Shown here piece after piece: positions 28,686 through 38,126 of a stretch of DNA of 64,000 nt. Position numbers and translations under genes: made by a program. The notes under the pieces were generated by a model. The model did not search any database and had not been told where the DNA came from. It was given only the letters and a program-made list of their open reading frames with translations. The stretch comes from Candidatus Uhrbacteria bacterium (GTDB taxonomy: Bacteria > Patescibacteriota > Patescibacteriia > UBA9934): positions 266,766 to 330,765 of the forward strand of contig CAWGHH010000002.1 in the NCBI GenBank assembly GCA_963822405.1, read 5' to 3'. Within the stretch, counting starts at the first letter, position 1, and each line of letters begins with the position of its first letter.

Positions 28686-28958
28686 CTATGTATTTCGCAA
28701 CCAGTTAACAACAGCTTCCGGCATTCTATATCCTGCCCAATCAGATGAAACTTCTGTCACGAATATTCGATCGTTAGAGTCTACAGCCGCAATCAAACGA
28801 TTAATAATCGCCACAGAAGAGTCGTCAGTTCTAATCAACCACAAAGATTCCATTGGCTTAGCCCAAAATCTATAACTTTTTATCAACTCAAACAACCTAG
28901 CGTAATCGAGACTTGTTTCTGGTCGAATCAAGTCGTAAGTAATTAAATATACTTTCAT
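28686..28958 (-). CDS. Small Cas2-like (ferredoxin-fold) protein, 90 aa
   Basis: MKVYLITYDLIRPETSLDYARLFELIKSYRFWAKPMESLWLIRTDDSSVAIINRLIAAVDSNDRIFVTEV. Beta1 hhLITYDh, ESLWLI and DSNDRIFV follow the Cas2 pattern (hhLVTYDV...NSVFEC...DSLRIY). Inferred from pattern only. Starts 2 nt after the PIN gene stop. Confidence 0.35.
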   Translation of the reverse strand: MKVYLITYDLIRPETSLDYARLFELIKSYRFWAKPMESLWLIRTDDSSVAIINRLIAAVDSNDRIFVTEVSSDWAGYRMPEAVVNWLRNT

Positions 28959-28960
28959 AA

Positions 28961-29944
28961 CTATGGATTTACTTCCTGCGCATCTTCATTTCGCATAGAT
29001 GAACTGGCGGAATGAGGCGTCTGTATATTCTCGGTCTCCTTTATCGCGGAACTCCCCGACGAAAGATCGGCGTCATTCTGCGAATCTTCGTTGGTAACAA
29101 TAGTGTCCGAATCTCGTCCCAACACCTTTATTTCTTCGATGGTGCCCTGACTTATGCTAGCACCGTTCTTCCCGGCCTCCACAAGAAAGCTTTCGAGCGT
29201 ATACATCACAAAATTCACATTTGCCTCCTTTTTGATTTCGCGTTTCAACTCAATTCGAGGACCAATCTTATAACCACCCAAACCAATTTCCCACCAATCA
29301 TCCTTACTATCATTTGTCACAAAGATAATTGGCTTATTAATACCCTTAGCGTACTCCATCATCTGTTTCCAACCAAGAAAATCACCTGGTCGTTTATCTC
29401 GAAATCCTGGTGGGGTCTGAATGCTCATGCGATACTTTCCCTCTTTCTTCTTGTCTTCCAGCTGTTCCGTACTATATGGACTCCCGACACGACCTTCAAA
29501 TAATACATCAAATTCAGTTCTAATGGGGTCGGCAATGTACCAATCGATTTCTTTCTCGGCCTCTTCTAATTCTTTAGTGGCGGAATCTAAAGCGGCCTTT
29601 AATTTCGTCAAAATACGATCTTGTTTTTCTGATGGAAGTCGCAACCGTTCGTTCTCAATATGTCGAACACTTTCGTGAATCCATCCCCATAGCTCTCTTC
29701 TTCTCACAAGTTGTTCTGTAATCACTTTTTGACGATTCTGTTGATACTCGAGTGCGAACTGATGAGGAATCCAAATTGATTCCTTACGATCAGAAAGAAA
29801 TTTAATGAACTCAGTTTTTGCTGTTAACGAATATCGATACACTTCCAATAAAATATTGGCATCAAAAACAAAGACTCCTTCAGACCACCATGACTTGAGA
29901 TCCGTCTCTGATATCGGATAATGGTCAGGAAAGATATCCTTCAT
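28961..29944 (-). CDS. PIN-like domain nuclease (DUF4935-like) with acidic disordered C-terminal tail
   Basis: 327 aa. PIN acidic motifs VFVFDANILLEVYRY, HQFALEYQQN, KPIIFVTNDSKDDWWE. C-terminal 60 aa is S/D/E-rich and low-complexity. Confidence 0.6.
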   Translation of the reverse strand: MKDIFPDHYPISETDLKSWWSEGVFVFDANILLEVYRYSLTAKTEFIKFLSDRKESIWIPHQFALEYQQNRQKVITEQLVRRRELWGWIHESVRHIENERLRLPSEKQDRILTKLKAALDSATKELEEAEKEIDWYIADPIRTEFDVLFEGRVGSPYSTEQLEDKKKEGKYRMSIQTPPGFRDKRPGDFLGWKQMMEYAKGINKPIIFVTNDSKDDWWEIGLGGYKIGPRIELKREIKKEANVNFVMYTLESFLVEAGKNGASISQGTIEEIKVLGRDSDTIVTNEDSQNDADLSSGSSAIKETENIQTPHSASSSMRNEDAQEVNP

Positions 29945-29952
29945 ACAAATTA

Positions 29953-30459
29953 CTACGCCTTAGCTCTCTCCATCCCTTCAACAATCAACTTCTTTGCAGC
30001 GGCTGCATCTTGCCAACCTTCTATCTTTGTCATCTTCTTCTCTAGGATCTTGTAGGACTCGAAGAAAAATGAAATCTCATCCTTCATGTGTTGTGACACG
30101 TCAGCGAGGTCATTAATGTGCTTGAAACGTGGGTCGTCCTTTGCAACGGCGAGAATCTTCTCGTCTTGTCCCTTGTCATCGCTCATGACGAGAACGCCAA
30201 TTGGGCGAACGTCGACAGCAACGCCTGGGAACAACGGGTTCGTCACAAGTACCAACACGTCGAGCGGATCGCCATCGCCTCCTAGGGTCTCTGGGAAGAA
30301 ACCATAATCAGCCGGATAGAACATTGGCGAAAAGAGAACGCGATCAAGCTTGATGATCCCCTGCTCTTTATCAAACTCGTACTTGTTCTGCGATCCCTTT
30401 GGAACCTCGATAATTGCCTGACAGACTTCTGGAGCCTTCGAACCGATAGAAAGTTGCAT
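29953..30459 (-). CDS. ppa: Inorganic pyrophosphatase (family I)
   Basis: 168 aa. DGDPLDVLVL and YPADYGFFPETLGGDGDP motifs. Confidence 0.9.
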   Translation of the reverse strand: MQLSIGSKAPEVCQAIIEVPKGSQNKYEFDKEQGIIKLDRVLFSPMFYPADYGFFPETLGGDGDPLDVLVLVTNPLFPGVAVDVRPIGVLVMSDDKGQDEKILAVAKDDPRFKHINDLADVSQHMKDEISFFFESYKILEKKMTKIEGWQDAAAAKKLIVEGMERAKA

Positions 30460-30468
30460 AAGATAAAT

Positions 30469-30897
30469 TTATTGTCCAAATACTACCTGAGTCGTCATTG
30501 ATTTGTCACGCGCCGGATCACCAGATGGATTGTCATTATGGAACACTAGTGAACCGATCGACCCAACCGGCTGGGTCGGGAACTCGATCGTCGCTGTAAA
30601 TGGCACAAAGTCTTCAGTCATCCAATCGCTATCTGCCCGTGCCTGACCTCCACCGATTTCTTGCCCGACAGAATTAAGTACCTTTACGGGAAAAACTGCC
30701 TCAAAATACCAAGGCCCTTTTGCTGCCCCATGGATAACGTACGGACTCGTAAATGGCTCAGAACTAAATGTCGCGTGAAAATCTTCTGAGCTAATAGTTG
30801 ACTGCGCGTCCGGCGACCGAGTCACGGGTGTCGACGCAACACAACCAGCACCGAAAAGAGCCAAGCTTAATGAAACAATAAGCATTTTCTTGAACAT
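30469..30897 (-). CDS. Lipoprotein with Gmad2/GerMN-like immunoglobulin-like domain
   Basis: Start MFKKMLIVSLSLALFGAGCV (lipobox). Mature domain about 120 aa. The track ORF extends to 30954, but the upstream Met lacks signal-peptide context. Confidence 0.5.
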   Translation of the reverse strand: MFKKMLIVSLSLALFGAGCVASTPVTRSPDAQSTISSEDFHATFSSEPFTSPYVIHGAAKGPWYFEAVFPVKVLNSVGQEIGGGQARADSDWMTEDFVPFTATIEFPTQPVGSIGSLVFHNDNPSGDPARDKSMTTQVVFGQ

Positions 30898-30945
30898 ATA
30901 GGTCAAAGTATACGGGAAACTACTAATTTTGTATACTGCGGTTAT

Positions 30946-32343
30946 ATGCAGCATTCAAAGATGTTCGCCTTTTTGTTAGCAGCTGGCTTCCTCTTCTCCC
31001 CCGCCGCAAAAGCTCTAGCTTTCGATCCAAACTACATCATCTCCGACGACGAGATGCGAGATTCGACTACAATGGATTTTCCACAGATTGTCGCGTTCTT
31101 ATCGCGTGGTTATTTGTCGACATATCGAACTGAAGACGTAAACGGACTCTACAGAAACGCAGCCCAGATTATTTACGCAACTAGCCAAACGTACGGCATC
31201 AATCCACAGGTTCTGCTCGTCCTTCTACAAAAAGAACAAAGCCTAGTTACAGATGACTCCCCCTCACGCGGACAACTAGACTGGGCCACTGGTTACGGCG
31301 TGTGTGACAGCTGTCATGTGGGCGATGGAACAATGGCGCGTTTTCAAGGCTTTGCCAAACAAGTAAACTCGGCCGCTTTGCAATTCATCGAAGGCTACAT
31401 GGCGGATATGGACTCACGCGGAGTGACGGCCGGTAAGTACGGCCCAGGTCTACCGGTGAATATCGACGGCACCGCAGTCACCCCAGCCAACGCGGCCACC
31501 GCTGCGCTCTACGCTTACACCCCGCACCTACACGGCAACCAAAACTTCGCCGCCCTGTGGAATGCTTGGTTTGGTCGAGATTATCCAGATGGCACGCTCA
31601 TGCAAGTCCCTGGTGAATCTGGTGTTTGGCTGATGCAAGACGGCTATCGCAGGCCAATCACTAGCCAATCCGCACTTCGCTCGCGCTTTAACACGAGCTT
31701 GATCGTTTCGATCTCGAAAACTACTCTCGAGCGTTTCGCAGTTGGCAAAGCAATCAGTCTGCCGAATTACACACTCGTCAAAGATGAATCCGGCAACATC
31801 TCGCTCTTAGTCGACGACTCGCTTAGAAAGATAGACAGCATGGCAACTTTTCACGCTATCGGTTTCTCGGAGGATGAGATAATCGACATTACAAACAACG
31901 ACGCCGCCAACTACGACACCGGCGAGGCCATCACCTCAACCGCACTCTACCCTCAAGGTCGCTTGCTCCAGCTGAAAACTAACGGCGCAGTTTTTTACAT
32001 TGAAAATGGAACTCGCCACGCCGTCCTGGACAAGAGCGTTCTCAAAGCCAGATTCCCAAATGACACATTGTTCCCAGCGGCGCCAATTGAAGTAGAACAG
32101 TACAAAGAAGGTAAAGCGGTTGGTCTAAATGATGGAACGCTGGTGAAGGTTGCGGACAATCCAACGGTCTATGTAATTTCTGATGGTTTGCGTCGCGCTA
32201 TTCCTACAGAATCTGTCTTCACGTCTTTTGGCTACAGCTGGAAAAATATTATTACCGTCACACAGAGCGTTTTAAACTTACACCCGCTCGGTGATCCATT
32301 GCAGTCAGCAACGGAAGATACGGTCAAAGCAGCGTCAAAATAA
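30946..32343 (+). CDS. Secreted protein with three about 50-aa C-terminal repeats
   Basis: 465 aa. Signal peptide MFAFLLAAGFLFSPAAKALA. Repeated module (GVWLMQDGYRRPITSQSAL / AVFYIENGTRHAVLDKSVL / TVYVISDGLRRAIPTESVF). Confidence 0.5.
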   Translation: MQHSKMFAFLLAAGFLFSPAAKALAFDPNYIISDDEMRDSTTMDFPQIVAFLSRGYLSTYRTEDVNGLYRNAAQIIYATSQTYGINPQVLLVLLQKEQSLVTDDSPSRGQLDWATGYGVCDSCHVGDGTMARFQGFAKQVNSAALQFIEGYMADMDSRGVTAGKYGPGLPVNIDGTAVTPANAATAALYAYTPHLHGNQNFAALWNAWFGRDYPDGTLMQVPGESGVWLMQDGYRRPITSQSALRSRFNTSLIVSISKTTLERFAVGKAISLPNYTLVKDESGNISLLVDDSLRKIDSMATFHAIGFSEDEIIDITNNDAANYDTGEAITSTALYPQGRLLQLKTNGAVFYIENGTRHAVLDKSVLKARFPNDTLFPAAPIEVEQYKEGKAVGLNDGTLVKVADNPTVYVISDGLRRAIPTESVFTSFGYSWKNIITVTQSVLNLHPLGDPLQSATEDTVKAASK

Positions 32344-32346
32344 TCT

Positions 32347-33105
32347 ATGCTAGTCTTTGCCGGCTTTGTTCCTAACTCCCCCTTGCTCATGCCAGGGATC
32401 AATACCTCGCGTTTGAGCGAGGCTGAAGAAACCGTGCATGCACTCCATGAACTAGGTGATGACCTGTATGCCGCGCATCCAGACACCATAATCCTCTTGT
32501 CACATGGCACGGCAGTGTACGAGGAAGCTTTTTCCGTAAATGTTGCTGATCCGTACACTACGGATCTTTCCGCGGTCGGCGACCTTGATTATCGCAAAGA
32601 ATATCACCCAGATTTTGGATTCATTGATGCTCTCCAGCGTTTCGCCCGCAAGAATTCTATTCCCATGTCTTTGTCGACAGATGAAAAACTCACTTTTCCG
32701 TCAGCCGTTCCGCTCCACTATCTAACTGCTCATCTAAAAAATGTTCGAGTTGTCCCAGTTGCTCCATGTTCACTTGATGGCAAGGCACACTTTTCTTTCG
32801 GTAACACGCTTCAACACATCATCATGCAAAGTGACAAGCGCGTGGCCATCATCGCTTCTGGAGACATGGGGCATGCAGAAAATGCCGGTGACTTTGACGA
32901 AAAATTACTGACCTTCTTCAAAGAACGAAACAGCTCTGGCCTTCTTCAAGTAGACCCAGACCTAATTACTCAAGCACAAGACACATCGTACCGACAGATT
33001 TGTATGCTTTTTGGCGCTCTAGACGGAATACATGTAACTCCAGAAATTCTTAACTACGCAAAACCTTTCGGCGTCGGCTACGCTGTAGTGAATTTTGTCC
33101 TGTGA
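32347..33105 (+). CDS. MEMO1 / AmmeMemoRadiSam system protein B family
   Basis: 252 aa. Pattern consistent with MEMO1/extradiol-dioxygenase-B-like fold (LLSHGTAVYEE..., IIASGDMGH). Confidence 0.55.
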   Translation: MLVFAGFVPNSPLLMPGINTSRLSEAEETVHALHELGDDLYAAHPDTIILLSHGTAVYEEAFSVNVADPYTTDLSAVGDLDYRKEYHPDFGFIDALQRFARKNSIPMSLSTDEKLTFPSAVPLHYLTAHLKNVRVVPVAPCSLDGKAHFSFGNTLQHIIMQSDKRVAIIASGDMGHAENAGDFDEKLLTFFKERNSSGLLQVDPDLITQAQDTSYRQICMLFGALDGIHVTPEILNYAKPFGVGYAVVNFVL

Positions 33106-34898
33106 TCGCTGAAGTGATTCCTAGCCTAAAACTCCCCCGCCGTTTTTCGTTTTTTGATTATCAAATTCCTGACTCAATGGAAGTTGGCATTGGCGACCTG
33201 GTCAATGTTCTGTTTCATGGTCGAGAAATTGTCGGCGTTGTCCGTGGTCTAAAACTAACGTCAGAGGCGCGGAAACTCGCGCCCGTCCGCTCCGTCGCCT
33301 TGCGCGAATGGTGTAGTCTTCGTGACGTCGAGCGGCTCGAAACAATTTCCTCGGCCATCGCCCAATCACCCTCAAGCCTACTACACACAATCGGTCCGTC
33401 AGGAATGGCTCCCCCTCCACGTAGTGGAGGGGGTAAGGGGGGCGGGCAAGGTCCGATCACCGTGAAACGCTCCGACGTCTCTCACGTCACCGAAATTCTC
33501 AAAGACACCGCTCCCGTCCAAGCCCTCATCGGCGACTTCGCATTAGGCGTGGTTCTCGTCCACGCTCTCGCAAAGTCAGCGACCGATCAAGTCCTCGTCC
33601 TCGTCCCAACTGAGCGCGACGTCGAACTCGTCGGTGCAGGAGTCATGTTACATGGGCACACAAAGCCACGAGAGAGAACATCGATTGCATCAGCCTGGCG
33701 AAAGGGCGAAATCAAACTCCTCGTCTCTACCCGTCTCGCATCCCTTCTCCCCGCTAAAAAAATCTCCGCTATCGTCGTCCTTGACTCCGGTAATGACGAA
33801 CACGCCAGCACCCGCCGTAACCCCCGTTTCGACGCCCGCGAAGCCGCAAAGCTTTTAGCCGCCCAACACAAAGCAAGGCTATTCTTCATTGACCCCTTGC
33901 CCCGACTAGAAGAACTGGTAGGGACGGATGACATACTCCCCCTTCTTACCAAAAAGGGGGCCGGGGGGAAGTCTGACGGCGGCCATCCGCCGCCTCAGCT
34001 CATCTCCCTCAAGCACCCTCTCGAACGCTCCGGCATCGATCTGGTTTCTACGTCTCTCCTCGACAGCATCGAACGCTCTTTACTTGAGCGTAAAAAAGTG
34101 CTACTTTTTTTGAACCGAAAAGGCGTTGCCAAGCGTCTACAGTGCGGTGCCTGCGGACATATTCCACTCTGTGGAACCTGTGGCAATGTGCCGAGCGTCC
34201 GCAAGGATGACTTAGTCTGCGCTAGCTGTGGCACGGAAATGTGGTTGCCTGAAACATGCCCGTCATGCGGTAAGGCCAAGATTCATTTTCGCGGTATCGG
34301 TGGCGCAAAGGTTGCCGATGACTTGCAAACAAAGTTTCCAAACGCAAAAGTCGGCGTTATTGAAAAAGGCAAAGTAACTAACAGCGACGCTGACATTCTC
34401 CTAGTCACTGAATACTTCTGGAGTTCTTTTCAAAAACCGTTTCTAAAGATGAACTTCGGCGTAGTGGCTGATTTAGCCGCAGATCTTGGTCTGCAAAGCG
34501 ATGATTTCCGAAGTGCGGAACATATTGCCAGAAAGCTATCTCGTCTTATACTATTTGCTAAGCGTGAAAACGCTGAGTGCATTCTCCAAACCTGGCTGCC
34601 AGATATCATCTCGCCAATGTTAGATCTGCCTAGGTTCATAGCGTCCGAACGCGAGCTCCGCGAACGCTACAAACTCCCGCCTTTCTCCTCCCGTTATATT
34701 CTCGAAGGCGCCACACTCGACGAACTACCAGAATCAATCAAACAGCTCGCTCGCCAACATGGCGATGCAATCGAAATCAGATTCCCCTCGGCGTACAGAC
34801 AAGGCGGCGCCTTGTCCCTACACCTACTTCCCGACTCCATCAAAATCACCCCCGACACTTCTTATGCCCCCAATGACTGTCCTCCACAATCCGAATAA
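33102..34898 (+). CDS. priA: Primosomal protein N' (PriA) homologue with degenerate Walker A
   Basis: 598 aa. N-terminal 3'BD-like strand (DLVNVLFHGREIVGVVRG). PriA Cys-rich zinc module CGACGHIPLCGTCGNVPS...CASCGTEM...CPSCGK. No GxxxxGK[ST] where the helicase Walker A is expected (ALIGDFALGVVLVHALAKSA). DEEH-like motif is NDEH. Confidence 0.8.
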   Translation: MIAEVIPSLKLPRRFSFFDYQIPDSMEVGIGDLVNVLFHGREIVGVVRGLKLTSEARKLAPVRSVALREWCSLRDVERLETISSAIAQSPSSLLHTIGPSGMAPPPRSGGGKGGGQGPITVKRSDVSHVTEILKDTAPVQALIGDFALGVVLVHALAKSATDQVLVLVPTERDVELVGAGVMLHGHTKPRERTSIASAWRKGEIKLLVSTRLASLLPAKKISAIVVLDSGNDEHASTRRNPRFDAREAAKLLAAQHKARLFFIDPLPRLEELVGTDDILPLLTKKGAGGKSDGGHPPPQLISLKHPLERSGIDLVSTSLLDSIERSLLERKKVLLFLNRKGVAKRLQCGACGHIPLCGTCGNVPSVRKDDLVCASCGTEMWLPETCPSCGKAKIHFRGIGGAKVADDLQTKFPNAKVGVIEKGKVTNSDADILLVTEYFWSSFQKPFLKMNFGVVADLAADLGLQSDDFRSAEHIARKLSRLILFAKRENAECILQTWLPDIISPMLDLPRFIASERELRERYKLPPFSSRYILEGATLDELPESIKQLARQHGDAIEIRFPSAYRQGGALSLHLLPDSIKITPDTSYAPNDCPPQSE

Positions 34899-35344
34899 AG
34901 AACTCCGCGTCGTTTCTGAAGCCGTGGATATTTCGCGTTTGGGTACCAAGGAATTCAAAAAACTTATCAGTGACCTAAAGATGACCATGGAGGAAGAAAA
35001 CGGCGTCGGCATCGCCGCTCCGCAGGTGGGCGTACATGACCGCGTGATCATTGCGGAGACAAAAGATCGGACCAACGGCCTTTATCAATCCAGAGATCAC
35101 TGAGCGGGCCTTTAAACTCATTGACGGAGAGGAAGGCTGTCTATCAGTGCCGGGCATTTGGGGCATTGTAAAGCGCCACCGATCAGTCACCGTCAAAGCA
35201 CTGCTAGATGACGGCAAGCAGGTCACAGTTAAGGCTACAGGATTACTCGCCATTATTTTCCAACATGAAATCGACCACCTTGACGGCATCCTTTTTATTG
35301 ACCGAGCCACAGAGTTGCGAAAGACCGGAAAAAGCCGGATCTAA
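34864..35344 (+). pseudogene. def: Peptide deformylase with apparent +1 frameshift
   Basis: Frame A: MPPMTVLHNPNKELR...GVGIAAPQVGVHDRVIIAETKD (motif 1), stop at 35103. Frame B from about 35071: PTAFINPEI...EGCLSVPGI (motif 2)...HEIDHLDG (motif 3), stop at 35344. Removing one base in cggaccaacgg restores ...ETKDRPTAFINPEI. Confidence 0.75.
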
Positions 35345-36209
35345 ACTCCGCGTCGCCTTCTTTGGCACGCCGGAATTCGCCTCACGGTTCCTCTCGGGTC
35401 TAATCGATGACTCGTATTTCAAGATTGTCGGCGTCGTTACTCAACCGGATGAACCAGTTGGCCGAAAAAAGATTTTGACTGCGCCTCCAGTAAAAACACT
35501 CGCGCTTGAGAAATGTATTCCCGTTTATCAGCCTTCTAAATTAAAAGACGAATTTTTCTTAAACGCAATTCAAGGACTTAAGGCCGATATTTTTGTTATT
35601 GTCGCTTATGGTCGAATCCTGCCACAGGCACTCCTCGACATGCCACGCTTGGGTTGTATAAATGTACATCCGTCAATGTTGCCGAAGTACCGCGGTCCGT
35701 CGCCTATGCAAGCCGCCATCGCAGCGGGTGACGAACAGACAGCCGTGACAATCATGAAAATCGACGCTCAGATGGACAGCGGTCCCATCCTCGCCCAAGA
35801 AACAATCGACCTCGTTAATGACGAAACCGTCGCCACACTCACCGAAAAAGTTGTAACTCTCGGAGATCCGCTTCTTCGAAACACTCTTAAGGCATTTCAC
35901 GAAGGCAACATCATCCCCCGCGAACAGGATCACTCAGCCGCCACTTTCTGCAAAATCCTCACGCGCGATGACGGCAGAATTGATTTGTCGAGCGACCCCA
36001 AGGTACTCGACCAAAAAATCCGCGCCTATAATCCCTGGCCAGGAACCTGGACAATGATTCAGCATGACGGCAAAGAATTGCGCGTTAAAATTTTGAAAGC
36101 AAAACTAGTCGAGGGGAAACTCGAAATCCTAGAAGTCCAGCCAGAAGGCGGAAAACCAATGACAACCGCAGATTTTACACGCGGATACGGAAAAGCATTG
36201 ACTTTCTAG
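35298..36209 (+). CDS. fmt: Methionyl-tRNA formyltransferase
   Basis: LRVAFFGTPEFA, NVHPSMLPKYRGPSPMQ, C-terminal domain. No ATG near the N-terminus; candidate TTG at 35298 overlaps the def end. Start is uncertain (the track ORF begins at 35208). Confidence 0.85.
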   Translation: MTEPQSCERPEKAGSKLRVAFFGTPEFASRFLSGLIDDSYFKIVGVVTQPDEPVGRKKILTAPPVKTLALEKCIPVYQPSKLKDEFFLNAIQGLKADIFVIVAYGRILPQALLDMPRLGCINVHPSMLPKYRGPSPMQAAIAAGDEQTAVTIMKIDAQMDSGPILAQETIDLVNDETVATLTEKVVTLGDPLLRNTLKAFHEGNIIPREQDHSAATFCKILTRDDGRIDLSSDPKVLDQKIRAYNPWPGTWTMIQHDGKELRVKILKAKLVEGKLEILEVQPEGGKPMTTADFTRGYGKALTF

Positions 36210-36259
36210 CGAAAGCGGGTATCATTTGAGCCCTGTTTCCCCGCCACTCAGCCCCAGAG

Positions 36260-36520
36260 GTGCCCGTGTTCCTCACTAGCCATCCAGCGTTCAATAACGC
36301 CCTCATCGTCCTCAGCGCTTTTGGATTCTTTGGAGTCGGACTCGTGGACTTTGCCGTCCAGGTTTCCTATTGCGCGGAAATCGCCAAAACGATTCAAGCC
36401 GCTGATCGCGAAAAAAAGATCGATTCTCTGAAAACCACGCGCCTGGTTCTCCAGATATTCTGTCTCATATGCGGTTACGCCCTCTTTTCCCTCATCATCA
36501 CCTCGTCCGGGGTGAAGTGA
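36260..36520 (+). CDS. Possible small membrane protein, 86 aa
   Basis: GTG-start track ORF with two hydrophobic segments. Weak support. Confidence 0.2.
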   Translation: MPVFLTSHPAFNNALIVLSAFGFFGVGLVDFAVQVSYCAEIAKTIQAADREKKIDSLKTTRLVLQIFCLICGYALFSLIITSSGVK

Positions 36521-38126
36521 CCAACTTGCCGAGCCCCGCCTGCCCAACACGAATCCCGGGTAGCACGTGCTCGGTTTTCGTTTTCTCGCGTTTTGATTCG
36601 TCGAAGGAGAGGAAGATCAGAGGAAGAAGTAACAACGAAATTCCCAGAGGGTGATTCAAGTAAGGCGTGAAGATGTGAACTGTTAGGACGAAAATCGACG
36701 AACAAAACAACCCGACCACTATCCAACTATCGTCGAGTCCTTTTCGTAAATGCGACAGAGTCGCGTTAGCAAAAGACAGGCCGATGAGAAGGACACCGAG
36801 TAACCCGAGAACGCCGGTTTTCAACCAAAGATCCTGATAGCCCCATTCAAAACGATAGGTCGTCCACTCGCCAGTGCCGTTAATGGCCCGGACTCGAGGG
36901 TCATCAGATATAAAAGTAACTTCTTTCCCAAATCCCGACCCAATAATCGGCGACTTCATTATCTCCGTCATCATTGGTGGCAAAAGATTCCAGCGGCTCG
37001 ACACAGCCAGGTTTCGATCCTGACCGGCGTCGGACTTATAAAACGCAGACTGCGTGAAGTCTGGTCGGAAAGGTAGAGGGAAGATAATTGTGAGCCAGAC
37101 GAACACTACGCTCGCGACGATGCCCACGAATAATACTGACTTCCTTCTAACCCGTTCCCAAAGTTGTTTAGGTTGCCAGAGAGAATACACGATAAGAATC
37201 GCCCCCGCTGGTAGCGCAGCAATCACGAAACTCCGCGACAAACCGGCAAGCAAGGCCGACAGACATAGCGCAAGAATAGCCGAACCAAGTAGTTTTTCTT
37301 TTAAGGTTGTTTGAACAGACACGACGCCGGATAGAAATAGAATAAAAAATGACGCAATGACGATCTGACTCTGACCGAATACTCGGAAATACCATGCCCC
37401 ATTCGGGAACAACACGGCCATTTTTGCCGGCGCGGTCAGCAAAGTGATCTCGAACAGTCGTGCATCGCGCACGAACGTGTACACGTGTGCGAGGACTTTC
37501 CCTGGCAAGTGCGTGAACGCGAACATGAGACCGAGGGTCGTCGCTGATACCCACACTGCTGACACCGCGAGTGTCATGAGCATGAGACGCTTCTTCTCAT
37601 TGTCCCATTTGATCGACAAAATCGGCAACGCGTAGAGAATCGGCAAATAAGAATTGAAATCGTCGAACGCGTTTCCTTTGTTGTTCTGCAAAAAGCCGAC
37701 CAAGCCACCTAGCAAAACGGCTAGTCCAAAAACCACCCACGGAATGTCCCGTCGCGGGCTCCATTGCCATGCAGTCATCCTGAGCCCGTTTGACGGGCGA
37801 AGGATCTGAATGGTAAAGGCAACCATCACTCCCAAAAAAATCGCAATACGAACAGACAACGGCACGCCAATCGACGACAGATCAAACAAGTGTCCGTGCC
37901 CGCCAACGAAGATCTCGAGAAACGCAAAGGCAATGCCCCACTCAAGTCGTTTCATCGACAAAACAAACGCCACGATCCCAGCTGCTGCAACTGGCACAAT
38001 CGACACCCACGAATGCTGCACCAACGCCGCCAAAATATGCGCGACGAGTAGTCCCGCGAGCACGTACCACGAATTTTTGTCGAAGAATTGTTTGATCATA
38101 AAATTACCAAGATCCTCCCCCACCAC
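36498..38126 (-). CDS. O-antigen ligase/polymerase-like (Wzy_C-type) polytopic membrane protein
   Basis: 542 aa with at least 10 TM helices and a large extracytoplasmic loop. Sits next to the glycosyltransferase/flippase locus. Contains an embedded palindromic repeat (see findings). Confidence 0.55.
   Translation of the reverse strand: MVGEDLGNFMIKQFFDKNSWYVLAGLLVAHILAALVQHSWVSIVPVAAAGIVAFVLSMKRLEWGIAFAFLEIFVGGHGHLFDLSSIGVPLSVRIAIFLGVMVAFTIQILRPSNGLRMTAWQWSPRRDIPWVVFGLAVLLGGLVGFLQNNKGNAFDDFNSYLPILYALPILSIKWDNEKKRLMLMTLAVSAVWVSATTLGLMFAFTHLPGKVLAHVYTFVRDARLFEITLLTAPAKMAVLFPNGAWYFRVFGQSQIVIASFFILFLSGVVSVQTTLKEKLLGSAILALCLSALLAGLSRSFVIAALPAGAILIVYSLWQPKQLWERVRRKSVLFVGIVASVVFVWLTIIFPLPFRPDFTQSAFYKSDAGQDRNLAVSSRWNLLPPMMTEIMKSPIIGSGFGKEVTFISDDPRVRAINGTGEWTTYRFEWGYQDLWLKTGVLGLLGVLLIGLSFANATLSHLRKGLDDSWIVVGLFCSSIFVLTVHIFTPYLNHPLGISLLLLPLIFLSFDESKREKTKTEHVLPGIRVGQAGLGKLVTSPRTR
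37774..37813. repeat. Short palindromic repeat embedded in-frame in the O-antigen-ligase-like gene
   Basis: gtcatcctgagc-ccgtttgacggg-cgaaggatctgaatgg. Shares gtcatcctgagc and gcgaaggatctga with 42451-42483 and the gtcat..gag / gcgaagga core with the 110-nt repeat family. Confidence 0.5.

Noticed and set aside
28686-29944. CRISPR-Cas locus, on the basis of the Cas2-like protein
   Set aside because: No cas1 or other cas genes and no direct-repeat array anywhere in the window. Treated as a stand-alone Cas2-like protein.
36248-36550. 100-aa minus-strand ORF between fmt and the ligase gene
   Set aside because: Acidic low-complexity translation with no start context. It is antisense to a slightly more plausible small membrane ORF.
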